From positions 81,280-145,279 of the forward strand of contig CAVRPA010000006.1 in assembly GCA_963723005.1 (NCBI GenBank): a DNA stretch of 64,000 nt, written 5' to 3'. Below the pieces are notes generated by a model. That model was not told where the DNA came from, did no database searches, and saw nothing but the letters and a program-made list of their open reading frames with translations. The stretch's first letter is position 1. Each line of letters begins with the position of its first letter. This document shows, piece after piece, positions 10,301 through 20,954 of the stretch. Source of the DNA: an uncultured Acidobacteriota bacterium. Lineage in GTDB: Bacteria; Acidobacteriota; Vicinamibacteria; Vicinamibacterales; UBA2999. The position numbers and the translations under genes are program-made.

Positions 10301-11692
10301 CTAGGTTCCAACCTGCTCCCTCGTGGCCGCGCTCACGCTCACGAAGGCCAGCGCCGAGACGGCAAACGCGATCAGCAGCGCGAGGTCGATGTTGACCAGC
10401 CCCTGCAGCGGGCCCGGGACGCCGGCGAGGAACGCGCCCACGCCGATGGCGCCGCCGACCCACATCGCCGCGTAGGCGCCCCTTGTGGTGCCGCCCTTCC
10501 ACAGCAGGCCGCCCAGCAGCGGCACCAGCATGCTCCCCATGTAGGGATAGTTGAAGATGATGATGGTGTCGAGAATGCCCCGGGCCCGAAGCGCCACGGC
10601 CACGCCCAGCACCAGCGACACCGCCACTGCCATGCGGGCGTAGAGCGTGGCCCGCGGCAGGTCCTCGATCCGCGCTTCCGGATTGAGCACCATGTTGTAG
10701 AAGTCGCGCGAGAAGCACCCCGCCATGGAAATGAGGAGCGCGTTCGCCGTGGACATCGCGGCGGCCAGCAGCGCCGACACCACCACGCCCGCCAGCACCG
10801 GCGACAGCGTGGTCGTCACGACGTGGGTGAGCACCTTGCCGTTCTCGACGTCGGGGAACGTCTGCTTGCCGACGGCGCCGACGAGCGCGGCACAGAAGCT
10901 GACGAGGATGACCATGATGCCCGAGAGGATGCAGCCCCACTTCGCGATCGCGGCGCTCTTTGCCGACTGGTAGCGGATGAACGCGTCGTACGACACCGAG
11001 ATCGAGAACAGGAACGGGGTGATCAGGAAGATGGCTCGCGTGGCCATGCCCGACGGGATGAACGGCGTGGCCAGCGCCGCCGCTGCCGCGCCCGCGTCGG
11101 CGTGGCTCACCGCCGCCCATGCGGTGAGCGGGATGCCGACGACGATGATCGCGACCTGGAGGAAGTCCGCCGCGACCACGCCCCACATGCCGCTCATCAC
11201 GTTCGAGAAGAAGATGACCGCGCCGATGGCGAGCACGGCGTGGGTGAAGTCGATGCCGAATCCGGAGAGAACGCTGCCCGCGGCCATCAACTGCGCGGCA
11301 AAGATGCCGAGCAGGCTCGGGATGTTCGACAGCGACGCCCACAGCCGGACGCCGCGACTCTCGCCAAAGCGGTGCGCGAAGAAATCGATTGGCACGATGC
11401 CGCCGAGCGAGCGCATGCGCTCGGCCGCGAACAGGCCGGCCAGGATCAGGCCCAGGCCGCAGCCGAGGCCGTACCACATGCCAGGCCAGATGCCGGACGA
11501 GGCGCCGACCTCAGCGCCTCCGAGCACCACGCCGGCGCCAATCTGCACAGCAGCAAGCGAGGCAGTGGTAAGCGCCAGCCCCAGATTGCGGCCGGCGATC
11601 AGGTAGTCCGAGACGCTCTTGATCCGGCTGCTCAACACCGCGCCGGCGATCAGCGTTCCCAGAAGGTAAACGACGACGACGGCAACGATCAT
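10301..11692 (-). CDS. Sodium:solute symporter (SSS) family protein
   Basis: 'DYLIAGRNLG', 'SGMWGVVAADFLQ', 'ALLAAAMSTANALL..SRDFY'; about 13 TM helices. Confidence 0.92.
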   Translation of the reverse strand: MIVAVVVVYLLGTLIAGAVLSSRIKSVSDYLIAGRNLGLALTTASLAAVQIGAGVVLGGAEVGASSGIWPGMWYGLGCGLGLILAGLFAAERMRSLGGIVPIDFFAHRFGESRGVRLWASLSNIPSLLGIFAAQLMAAGSVLSGFGIDFTHAVLAIGAVIFFSNVMSGMWGVVAADFLQVAIIVVGIPLTAWAAVSHADAGAAAAALATPFIPSGMATRAIFLITPFLFSISVSYDAFIRYQSAKSAAIAKWGCILSGIMVILVSFCAALVGAVGKQTFPDVENGKVLTHVVTTTLSPVLAGVVVSALLAAAMSTANALLISMAGCFSRDFYNMVLNPEARIEDLPRATLYARMAVAVSLVLGVAVALRARGILDTIIIFNYPYMGSMLVPLLGGLLWKGGTTRGAYAAMWVGGAIGVGAFLAGVPGPLQGLVNIDLALLIAFAVSALAFVSVSAATREQVGT

Positions 11693-11792
11693 CGTGGGAG
11701 GATACGCGGTGTGCATGAGTCGGCAAACTGGAATCTCGCGCTGCACGTCAGCGCGCCGGCAGAGCGGCGCTGAACCAGAGTAGGCTCACCGG

Positions 11793-12420
11793 ATGCCCTA
11801 CCCGGTCACGGTCCACGTCGAACCAGCGCCGGCAACCCGGAACCGGCTGACAACGGCGTTCCGCTTGATCCTGGCGATCCCGCATCTGATCCTCGTCGGC
11901 GGCGCGGGATTCGGCGTGTCGTACAGCGGCGACACGGAGACCTCGGCGGGGGCCGAGGGCGGCCTGCTTGGCGCCGTGGTGCTGATCCTCGCGATCGTCA
12001 GCTGGTTCACGATTCTCGCCAGCGGCCGGCACATTGCCGAGATCCGGCAGTTCACGTCGTTCTATATGCGCTGGCGGACGCGCGCGCTCGCCTATCTGAT
12101 GCTGCTCGCCGATCCGTACCCGCCGTTCGGCGACGTGCCATATCCGGCCTCCATCTCAATCGACGAGCCGCAGGAGCCGAGGAATCGGGTGAGCGTCGCG
12201 TTTCGCCTGTTCCTGGCGATTCCCCACTTCATCGTGCTCGTGTTCGTGATGCTGGCGTGGTATTGTCACGACCGCCGTCGCGTGGGTGATGATCCTGGTG
12301 ACCGGCCGCTATCCGAGCAGCCTGTACGGGTTCAGCGTCGGCGTGCTCCGGTGGCGTCTGCGCGTGGACGCCTACCTGCTGCTGCTCGTTGACGACTACC
12401 CGCCGTTTTCGCTGAAATAG
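11793..12420 (+). CDS. DUF4389 domain membrane protein; frameshift near 12265
   Basis: Two repeats of 'NRLT.AFRL.LAIPH' ... 'AYL.LL.D.YPPF'. Confidence 0.85.
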
Positions 12421-12478
12421 CTGACCTGGCGCCAAAGATTGGCGCCAACCCTCTGCCGGCCCCGCCCGTCCAACAGCC

Positions 12479-14981
12479 ATGTCGCTCCTGTCCCAGGACC
12501 TCCGTCTCGCGGTTCGCGGTCTCGTTCGCAGCCCGCTCTTCGCCATCGTGGCCATCCTGTCACTGGCCCTGGGCATCGGCGCCAACACCGCCATCTTCAC
12601 GCTGATCGACCAGCTGCTCCTGCGCAAGCTGCCGGTGAAGAACCCCGAGGAGCTGGTGATGCTCTACCAGCAGGGCCCGCATGCCGGCAGCAACATGGGC
12701 ACGCGCATGCACTCCTATCCGATCTACCAGGAGTACCAGAAGCGCGCCGAACCGCTGGCCGAGGTCATCGCGCGGCGACTCGTGTCCACGTCGATCAGCG
12801 TGGACAACCAGACCGAGCGCGTCGAGGCGGAGATGGTCTCCGGCAACTTCTTCACCATGCTCGGCGTGCCGCCGGCCGCCGGCCGCGTCTTCAACTCGCA
12901 GGAAGACGACCAGGTGTACGAGGGCCATCCGGTGGTGGTCCTCGGCTACGACTACTGGACCACCCGCTTCAACCGCGACCCCGCCGTCGTCGGCCGCAAG
13001 ATCCTGGTCAACAACTACCCGATGACCATTGTCGGGGTGTCGGCGGCGGGATTCGCCGGCATCGACCCGGCGCGCGCGCCGGCGCTGCGGATTCCAATCC
13101 AGATGAAGCCGGCCGTCGTGCCCGAATGGCAGTGGGTGCGGATGGACGCCGAGCGGACGCGTTGGGTGCAGGTGTTCGCGCGGCTCAAGCCGGGATACAC
13201 CGCGGAAACGGCGCAGGCGCCGTTGCAGGCGCTGTTCCTCCAGATTCGTCAGCACGAACTGACGTTGCCCGGCGCGAAGGACTTCACGCCGTACATCCGC
13301 GAGCAGTTCCTCAAGGGCCGTCTCGTCGCCGAGACGGCGGCGGTCGGCTTCTCGCCGCTCCGCAACGACTTCTCGCTCGCGCTCGTCGTGCTGATGTGCA
13401 TGGTCGGACTGGTGCTGCTGATCGCGTGCGCGAATGTCGCCAACCTGCTAATCGCGCGTGCCTTTGCGCGGCAGCGCGAGATCGCCGTCCGGCTGTCGCT
13501 TGGCTGCCTCGCGTGGACAGCTCGTCCGCCAGATGCTCGTTGAGAGCCTGCTGCTCTCGTTCGCCGGCGGCGCGGTGGGCCTGGCGGTGGCCGTGGGCCT
13601 CACCCGCATGCTCATCGCCTTCGTGCCGACCGACGGCCAGCCGCTGCTGATCCAGCCGTCGCCCGACTGGCGCATTCTCGCGTTCACCTTCACGCTCACG
13701 CTGATCACCGGCGTGGTGTTCGGCCTGCTGCCGGCGCTGCGGGCGAGCCGGCCGGATACGTGGGGCACGCTGAAGGACACCGCCGGGGCGGTAACCGGGG
13801 CGGGCAGTCATCTGTACTTGCGCAAGGGCCTCGTCGCCGCGCAGGTGGCCCTCAGCTTCCTGCTGCTGTTCGGCGCCGGGCTGTTCGTGCGCAGCCTCGG
13901 CAACCTGCGCACCACCGACACCGGCGTCGCCATGGACAATCTGGTGATGTTCCAGCTGTCGCCCGCGCTCAGCGGCTATACGGACGAGACGACCGGGCAG
14001 TTCTACCAGCAGCTGCTCGACCGCCTCCGCACGGCGCCCGGCATCCGGTCCGCGGCGCTCGCGAACGTGGCCATTCTGGCCGGCGACGAGTGGGACAGCA
14101 CGATGTCGGTCGAAGGGCATCAGTCCAAGGACGGCGAGGACATGCAGGCCTACATGAACATGCTGTCGCCGGGCTACTTCGAAACCATGGGCGTCCGCCT
14201 GCTCGATGGCCGCGACTTCCGGCCCGGTGAAGGGAAGGAAAAGGCCAGCGTGGCGATCGTCAACCGCCGCTTCGCCGAGCACTTCTTCCCCGGACAGAGT
14301 GCCGTGGGCCGCCACCTGGCGTTTGGCGACCGGCCGGGCGTGAAGCTGGACATCGAGATCGTCGGCGTGGCCGAGAACTCGCTCTACGAAGGCCCGCGCG
14401 AAGGCGTGCGCCGCCAGGTGTTCCTGCCGAACTGGGGCCGCAACAGCGCGACGTTCTACGTGCGAACGACGGAGGCCTCGACGAGCGCGTTCAACCTGAT
14501 TCGCGGCGAGGTCCGCGCGCTCAGCGCCGGCATGCCGGTCTACTCGATGAAGACGCTCGAAGGGCAGCTGGACGAGACGCTGATGACCGATCGCCTCATC
14601 GCCACGTTGTCGGCGGGATTCGGCCTGCTCGCGACGATCCTCGCGTCGGTCGGCCTCTACGGCGTGATGGCGTTTGTCGTCGCCCGCCGCAAGAAGGAAA
14701 TGGGGATCCGCCTCGCGCTCGGCGCCGAGCCCAACCTGGTGATCTGGCTGGTCATGAAGGAAGTGCTCGTCCTGCTGGCCATCGGGTTGGCGGTGGGGCT
14801 GCCGGCCGCTCTGGCGCTGGGACGCTACGTCTCGTCGCAGCTGTACGGCATCCAGCCGAACGACCCGTGGATGGCCACGGCGACGATGGCGGTGCTGGCG
14901 ATCGTGTCGGCGGTGGCGGGGCTGATTCCGGCCCGGCGCGCCAGCCGCATCAATCCGGTGCTGGCGCTGCGTTACGAGTGA
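12479..14981 (+). CDS. ADOP/MacB-like duplicated ABC transporter permease; frameshift near 13505
   Basis: 'QDLRLAVRGL..SLALGIGANTAIF', 'LVLLIACANVANLL.AR..R.REIAVRL', 'GLYGVMAFVVARR.KEMGIRLALGA', ends 'ALRYE'. Confidence 0.93.
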
Positions 14982-15256
14982 TTCCAGAGCGGGTGGCGGA
15001 CACCCGTCTGGCGGCCGGGGGCTGGCGGACGGCCAGCCCAGGTGGCATCTGCCCTATCGTGATATACTCCCGGGGTCAGGTGGAAGACAGCTAGTGCAGT
15101 TGGTTACGTCAGCGCCCGGAATCCGAGTCTCGTTTCAGTCTCGCCTCTCTCCGCAACGTGTTCCCTTAGCTTCAGCCGAATCCATCCCCGATCCATTCCG
15201 GATCACACACGCACGTTTGCAGCCTCGCCCTGCGAGGCGGAAGAGAGACAGTACAC

Positions 15257-15574
15257 ATGGCTCGAAAACTCTACGTGGGCAACATGCCCTATGAAGCTGG
15301 CGAACAGGACCTCCGCGAGCTCTTCGCCAGCGCCGGCACCGTCGAGACGGTCACCGTGATGCGCGACATGGCCACCGGCCGTGCTCGTGGCTTCGCGTTC
15401 GTCGAGATGGCCAGCGATGATGACGCCCAGGCGGCCATCAGCGCGCTGAACAACTACTCCTACAACGGCCGCAACCTCACCGTGAACGAAGCCCGTCCCA
15501 AGACGGCCGGCGGCGGTGGTGGTTACGGTGCGGGCGGCGGCGGCGATCGTCGCCGTTCGGAACCCCGCTGGTAA
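15257..15574 (+). CDS. RRM (RNP-1) RNA-binding protein with glycine-rich tail
   Basis: RNP2 'KLYVGNM', RNP1 'RGFAFVEM', 'LTVNEARPK'. Confidence 0.95.
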   Translation: MARKLYVGNMPYEAGEQDLRELFASAGTVETVTVMRDMATGRARGFAFVEMASDDDAQAAISALNNYSYNGRNLTVNEARPKTAGGGGGYGAGGGGDRRRSEPRW

Positions 15575-15602
15575 CAAGCCCCACCCGGGCTTGACGGATC
15601 GA

Positions 15603-15640
15603 AGGCCGGCACCCGTATGTGGTGCCGGCCTTTTTGTTTG
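15603..15640 (+). terminator. Rho-independent terminator
   Basis: AAGGCCGGCACC-cgtatgt-GGTGCCGGCCTT followed by TTTGTTT. Confidence 0.85.
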
Positions 15641-15674
15641 TTCGTGAGAATGACCGCCGCGCGGATGCGCGGCG

Positions 15675-16073
15675 CTACGGCTTCTCGACGCTGAACGTGC
15701 GCTTGCCGACGGAGGCGCCGTCGAGGAACGCTTCGACGCTGTACTTGCCCTCGGGGAAGCCGCCGGAATTCTGGATGTGGAACTCGGTGGCCGCCGCACC
15801 TTTGTACGACACTTCACGCGACGGCTCGCTGATGAGCCGGTCCCCGAACAGCCACTTCACGCCAATCGTGCCCGACCCGGTGTCGGTCGTCAGCACCGAG
15901 ACATAGATGGTGTCGTCCGGCCTGAACACCGTGGTGTGGCTGCCAACCTGGTTATCCGAGCTGATCGCCCGGCCCACCTGAATCGTCGAGACCTGGAGCG
16001 GTGCATTCGAGCGGCACGCGCCGAGCGCGATGCAGACCAGCACGACCGTGAACGTGCGCAGTAGAAGCTTCAC
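15675..16073 (-). CDS. Hypothetical lipoprotein (Ig-like)
   Basis: Lipobox 'LGAC'; 'G.Y.VE.FLDG' beta-sandwich pattern. Confidence 0.7.
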   Translation of the reverse strand: MKLLLRTFTVVLVCIALGACRSNAPLQVSTIQVGRAISSDNQVGSHTTVFRPDDTIYVSVLTTDTGSGTIGVKWLFGDRLISEPSREVSYKGAAATEFHIQNSGGFPEGKYSVEAFLDGASVGKRTFSVEKP

Positions 16074-16086
16074 GATTCCATTGTAG

Positions 16087-16890
16087 TCAAGGCAGGTGCT
16101 CCAGCAGGAGCGCCGTGACCACATCCGGCCGTTCGGCATGAATCCAGTGCCCGCCATCCCGATGATGCAGGTGCACGTGCGGCCCCGTGGCCTTCTCGAT
16201 CCGCGTCACCGCCTCCGGCGAGATCGCGTTCGATTGCGAGGCCTTCAGGATGTGGACATCGTGCAGCGGCGAGGGATGCTCCACCGCACGCCACATGTCG
16301 GTGCGGAAGAAGTCCAGCAGCAGCCGCTCCATGACAGTGAAATCGAGCTGCCAGCGGAAGCCCTCACCGTCGCGTACCAGGTTGGTGCCCATCCACTGCG
16401 CCACGGGCAGGTCGTAGCCGTTGGCCATCAGCGCCCGCTGCGCCTCCTCGCGGGTGGCGAAGCGATCCGGAAGGCTGCGGACCACGCGGAGCATGTCCCA
16501 GGCGCTGCCCGACGGCTCCTTCACCTCCGGCGTCGAATCGATCACCCAGGTCTGCAGGGGCCGATCCTGCGCGTGCGCGGCCAGCGCCAGCGCCACCTTG
16601 CCGCCATACGAATGCCCCAACACCACCGCGGGCGTGATCGCGTTCGCGGACATCCAGTCGGCGACGTCCTGGGCCAGCCCCTCGATCGTGTCGCCGTGCG
16701 CGCCTGGTCCGGACTGGCCGTGATACGGCAGATCCACCAGCCAGCAGGCACAGTCGGGACGCGCGGCCACGAGGCTGCGGGCGATGCCCTGCCAGTTCCG
16801 CCCGCGCCCATAGATGCCGTGCAGCATCACCAGCGCCCGTGGCGCATCGTCGTGCTGCGCCACCCGCGTCGCATTCAATGTCGGTGTCAT
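16087..16890 (-). CDS. Alpha/beta hydrolase (YbfF/ABHD11-like esterase)
   Basis: 'LHGIYG.GRNW', nucleophile 'GHSYGGK', 'GHWIHAERP'. Confidence 0.9.
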   Translation of the reverse strand: MTPTLNATRVAQHDDAPRALVMLHGIYGRGRNWQGIARSLVAARPDCACWLVDLPYHGQSGPGAHGDTIEGLAQDVADWMSANAITPAVVLGHSYGGKVALALAAHAQDRPLQTWVIDSTPEVKEPSGSAWDMLRVVRSLPDRFATREEAQRALMANGYDLPVAQWMGTNLVRDGEGFRWQLDFTVMERLLLDFFRTDMWRAVEHPSPLHDVHILKASQSNAISPEAVTRIEKATGPHVHLHHRDGGHWIHAERPDVVTALLLEHLP

Positions 16891-17819
16891 CGGATCGACT
16901 GCACCACGATCTCGACGGGACCGGCCTGGGTTCCGTCCTGCAGGACCGGGTGCATCGTGGTGGTTCGGAAGCGCGCGCGCCCGTCGATGGTCAGCGTCGC
17001 CTCGATGATGTAGCGATGGCCCTTCTCGATCACGGCCGGGGCATACGTCAGGGTGAACGGCAGCGGCACCTGCTCGCCGGCGGTGACGACCACGGCACGC
17101 GCGAGTGGTGTGGACGGCGCGTCGGCCCTGGACACGTCGAGCAGTCGCGCTTCGAGCACGGCGCCAGCGGGCAGCGCCTGGCGGGTGCGGTAGGTGACGG
17201 TTCCGGTGAGGGTGGCGGTGTTGTTCATGACGTTTGGCCGGCAGCCGCGGGCGAACACGGCATCGCCGTCGGCCTCCGCGAACATGCGGCTGGCAACGGC
17301 GCCACGCCACGCGCGGACGCCGTCGGTGTAGAGATTGCCGCTGGCGGTGGGCACCTCGCGCATGCGGTAGGTCTCGCCCCGAAACACCAGGGTTGCGGAC
17401 TCCAGCGCTGGCGTGACCTCAACGCTGAGGCCGTCCTCACAGGTGTAGCGCAATGCCGCCAGCGCCTGGCGCCACGACGACAGTGGCACCCGCTGGCACT
17501 CCTGCTGCGACGGCCGGCTCTGCAGCGCGGCCGAGTAAGTCGCGCCATTGCCCTTCGTCGTCCAGTCGAAGCGGCCGCCGCTGTATTTGCCGGTGGAGCC
17601 TTGCGCCGCGGTGAATCGCTCGAGCCGGCCATCCATGAACAGGACCGCCACCTTGGGCTCGTACCACGCCGACACTCGCCCGCCGGAGGATCCGCACGCG
17701 TAGTCGGACCGTGGTGAGAACCCGCTGCCCGCGGGCGGTCGGACACTGGGCGCCGACTGCGCCGCCAGGACGAATTGAATCGCGCCCACCAGCGCCACGG
17801 CCCACGCGAACGGCTTCAC
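16887..17819 (-). CDS. Secreted MliC-like + YbaY/YscW domain protein
   Basis: 'LRYTC..ASGNLY' (MliC-like); 'LTGTVTYRTRQALPAGAVLEARLLDVSRADAP..GEQVPLPFTL.Y' (YbaY). Confidence 0.8.
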   Translation of the reverse strand: MKPFAWAVALVGAIQFVLAAQSAPSVRPPAGSGFSPRSDYACGSSGGRVSAWYEPKVAVLFMDGRLERFTAAQGSTGKYSGGRFDWTTKGNGATYSAALQSRPSQQECQRVPLSSWRQALAALRYTCEDGLSVEVTPALESATLVFRGETYRMREVPTASGNLYTDGVRAWRGAVASRMFAEADGDAVFARGCRPNVMNNTATLTGTVTYRTRQALPAGAVLEARLLDVSRADAPSTPLARAVVVTAGEQVPLPFTLTYAPAVIEKGHRYIIEATLTIDGRARFRTTTMHPVLQDGTQAGPVEIVVQSIR

Positions 17820-17961
17820 ACTCTGATTCTCTCCCGATTCGGCCCGGCGCCCAACGGCCCAGAGGCCGGGTTCGCCTCGGCCGATTCGAGCGGACGACGC
17901 GGTCGACTGACGCGGGAACGCCGGCGCGGTTGCGCGAGCGCCACAGCGTCGGAGGCACGCT

Positions 17962-18849
17962 ATGCTCGAAGAGGTGAAGCCTCCCGGATCGCACGCGCCG
18001 CACCGCGTCGTGCTGGACTACGAACCGCCTTACGAGTGGGACACGCTGATCGCGTTTCTCGCTGCGCGCGCCACACCGGGGGTGGAGATCGTCGAGCCTC
18101 ATCGTTACCGCCGCGCGGTGTCCGTCGGTGACGCGTCTGGCACAATCGACGTCAGCGCGGTCGAGGGACGTTCCTCACTCGCGCTGGACGTGCGGATGGA
18201 TGACCCCGCGGCGATCCCGCAGGTGGTCGATCGCGTCCGCCGGATGTTCGATCTGGAGATGCGGCCGTCGCTGCTGGCCGATCATTTCGCAGGCGACCCG
18301 CTCCTGGCCCCTCGCCTCGCCACTCGCCCCGGCATCCGGCTGCCGCGCGCGTGGGATCCATTCGAGCTCGCCATCCGCGCGGTGCTGGGCCAGCAGGTGT
18401 CGGTCCGCGCCGCCACCACGCTCGCCACTCGCATCGCCACCACCTACGGCACGCCGCTCGATCGCGGCGACGGGCTGACGCGGCTGTTCCCGCGTCCGGC
18501 GCAACTGGCCGACGCGCCCCTGGAGTCGTCCGGAGTGATGCCAGCCCGGGCGCGCACGATCCGGGCCCTGGCCGCCGCCGTCGATGACGGCCGCATCGCG
18601 CTCGACGCGGCAGGCGACGGTCATGCCATCGCGGCAAGCCTCACGGCGCTTCCGGGCATCGGTCCGTGGACGGCGTCGTACATCGCGATGCGCGGCTTCG
18701 GCGAAAACGACGCGTTCCCGAGCGGCGATCTGATCCTGCAGCGCGCCGCCGGAGGCTGCACCGCACGAGCGCTCGAGCAACGATCGCAGGCCTGGCGTCC
18801 GTGGCGTTCCTACGCGGTGATGCTGCTCTGGCTCGCACCCCTACAATAG
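17962..18849 (+). CDS. alkA: DNA-3-methyladenine glycosylase II (AlkA_N + HhH-GPD), no Ada domain
   Basis: 'DPFELAIRAVLGQQVSV', HhH 'LPGIGPWTA', 'DAFPSGD', 'WRPWRSYA'. Confidence 0.9.
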   Translation: MLEEVKPPGSHAPHRVVLDYEPPYEWDTLIAFLAARATPGVEIVEPHRYRRAVSVGDASGTIDVSAVEGRSSLALDVRMDDPAAIPQVVDRVRRMFDLEMRPSLLADHFAGDPLLAPRLATRPGIRLPRAWDPFELAIRAVLGQQVSVRAATTLATRIATTYGTPLDRGDGLTRLFPRPAQLADAPLESSGVMPARARTIRALAAAVDDGRIALDAAGDGHAIAASLTALPGIGPWTASYIAMRGFGENDAFPSGDLILQRAAGGCTARALEQRSQAWRPWRSYAVMLLWLAPLQ

Positions 18850-18856
18850 CGACGAC

Positions 18857-19522
18857 GTGGCGTTCTCTCCTGGATCCCGCGGCCGCCTGACCGAGTACGA
18901 TCTCGGACGGTTTCCGGCCGACACGCTCTTCGACCGCATCGGTCGCGCCGTGTGTGCGGCAGGTTGTCTGCCGCGCAAGGAGCTGTACGAGGCCTGGGAA
19001 GTGGCACGGCGGGCGCGCCGGCTGTTCCGCGGCGGGCGGGTCGTCGATCTGGGCTCCGGTCACGGGCTGCTCGCGCACGTCATGCTCCTGCTGGACGACT
19101 CGTCGCCGCTAGCGGTGGCGGTGGACGCGGCGCTGCCACCATCGGCGCCGGCCGTGCACGAGGCGCTGGTTCAGGCGTGGCCGCGCCTCGAGGGCCGCGT
19201 CACGTTCCTGAAGGCTGCGCTCGAGGATGTGCCGCTGACGTCCGAGGACGTCGTGGTCTCGAGCCATGCGTGCGGGGCCCTGACCGACATCATCCTGGCC
19301 CGCGCCACCGAGGCCCGCGCGCGTGTCGCGGTCCTGCCCTGCTGCCACGACGTCGAGACCTGCGAGGCCGGCCCGTTCGCGGGCTGGGTGGATCCGCCGC
19401 TGGCCATCGACCTGCTGCGCGCCGTGCGCCTCGAGCAGCAAGGCTACCGGGTCTGGACCCAGATCATCCCCGCGGCCATCACGCCGAAGAACCGGCTGCT
19501 GCTCGGCACGCCTCGCGAGTGA
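18857..19522 (+). CDS. SAM-dependent methyltransferase
   Basis: 'VVDLGSGHG', 'HACGALTD', 'VLPCCH', 'TPKNRLL'. Confidence 0.85.
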   Translation: MAFSPGSRGRLTEYDLGRFPADTLFDRIGRAVCAAGCLPRKELYEAWEVARRARRLFRGGRVVDLGSGHGLLAHVMLLLDDSSPLAVAVDAALPPSAPAVHEALVQAWPRLEGRVTFLKAALEDVPLTSEDVVVSSHACGALTDIILARATEARARVAVLPCCHDVETCEAGPFAGWVDPPLAIDLLRAVRLEQQGYRVWTQIIPAAITPKNRLLLGTPRE

Positions 19523-19536
19523 TCGAAGGAGACCGC

Positions 19537-20004
19537 ATGCCCCGCCGTTACTGGCTGATGAAGTGTGAGCCGAGCTCCTACACCATCGACGATCTGCAGC
19601 GAGACAAGACCACGAGCTGGGAAGGCGTGCGGAACTACCAGGCGCGCAACATCATGCGCGACGAGATGCAGGAGGGCGACGGCGTGCTGTTCTATGCCTC
19701 GAACGCGGATCCGTCCGGCGTGACTGGTCTGGCGACGATCGTGCGCGCCGGTTATCCCGACCATTTCGCCTGGAAGAAGGGCCACGCCTATTTCGACAAG
19801 GCCGGCTCAAAGGACGCGCCGGTCTGGTTCATGGTGGACATCGGATTCGTCGAGCGATTTCCCGCGGTCGTCTCACTCGAGACGTTGAAGGCCCACAGAG
19901 GGCTCGAGCACATGACGGTGACCCAGAAAGGGAGCCGGCTGTCCGTGCAGCCCTGCACCCGGGCCGAGTACGACATCGTCGTGAAACTGGGGCGAGCAGG
20001 CTGA
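19537..20004 (+). CDS. EVE domain protein
   Basis: 'YWLMKCEP..YTIDDL..WEGVRNYQARN..GD.VLFY.S..RLSVQP'. Confidence 0.93.
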   Translation: MPRRYWLMKCEPSSYTIDDLQRDKTTSWEGVRNYQARNIMRDEMQEGDGVLFYASNADPSGVTGLATIVRAGYPDHFAWKKGHAYFDKAGSKDAPVWFMVDIGFVERFPAVVSLETLKAHRGLEHMTVTQKGSRLSVQPCTRAEYDIVVKLGRAG

Positions 20005-20081
20005 CGGGCGTGGCGCGGCTCGCCGAAGGGGCGGTCGCGCACGATGCGCAGCGCGTAAGCTAGGGGCGGAGACGCGCCCGC

Positions 20082-20954
20082 ATGTTCGAGATCATCTATC
20101 GCTACGACCCCGCTCACCCCCTCGAGACGAAGAGGCCCACCACCTCCGTCGAGGCGCAAGGCTGGCTGGAATCCGGCAACGACGCGTTCGCGCACCTGAG
20201 CAGGCAGGATCTCGAGGACAGCGCGCCGAGCACCTGGCTGCTGCCGCTCGATCCACGCGATCTGGGGTTGGGTGGCGGCGGGCAGGCGCTCACGCAGGAA
20301 CCGTTCGCGGCGGTGCTGGGATGCGCCGACGCCCGGGTGCCGCTGGAGACCATCTTCCAACGCGGCATGAACGACATCTTCGCGGTGCGCGTGGCCGGAA
20401 ACGTGCTGGGCGCCGAGTGCCTGGGCAGCATGGAGTACGCCGCCCGCCACCTTCACAGCCTGAAGCTGGTGGTCGTGCTGGGACACAGCGGGTGCGGCGC
20501 TGTCACCGCCACCGTGGACGCGTTCCTCGCCCCTGCCGACTACACGCAGATCGTCGCCACGCAGTCGCTGCGCGCAATCATCGACAAGTTGTTCGTGATG
20601 GTCCGAGGCGCATCGACCAGCCTGGCTGGCGTGCACGGCGAGGCGGTGGTTCATCGGCCCGGCTACCGCGCGGCGTTGATCGACCTGGCGATCGCGGTGA
20701 ACGCGATGGCTACGTCGTCGATGCTCCAGCGCGAGCTCGGCGTCGACCACAGCGACCTCGGCGTGGCCTGGGGAGTTTTCGACCTGAGTTCCCGGCGAGC
20801 CGGCGCGTGGCTGGCAGGCGCGGACGGAGGTGAGGACGAGTTGACCGGGCTTCTGCCGCCGCCTCACGGAGTGGACGAGACGCGCGCGATGGCCGTGCGG
20901 CTGGCGTCGAGCCGTCGTATCAAGGCGCTGCTCGATGGGCACGGCACGGACTAG
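20082..20954 (+). CDS. Beta-class carbonic anhydrase
   Basis: Zn ligands 'LGCADARV' and 'LGHSGCGAV'; 'VRVAGN'. Confidence 0.9.
   Translation: MFEIIYRYDPAHPLETKRPTTSVEAQGWLESGNDAFAHLSRQDLEDSAPSTWLLPLDPRDLGLGGGGQALTQEPFAAVLGCADARVPLETIFQRGMNDIFAVRVAGNVLGAECLGSMEYAARHLHSLKLVVVLGHSGCGAVTATVDAFLAPADYTQIVATQSLRAIIDKLFVMVRGASTSLAGVHGEAVVHRPGYRAALIDLAIAVNAMATSSMLQRELGVDHSDLGVAWGVFDLSSRRAGAWLAGADGGEDELTGLLPPPHGVDETRAMAVRLASSRRIKALLDGHGTD

Noticed and set aside
15040-15256. Structured regulatory 5' UTR of the RRM gene
   Set aside because: A long leader is plausible but I cannot support any specific structure or family.
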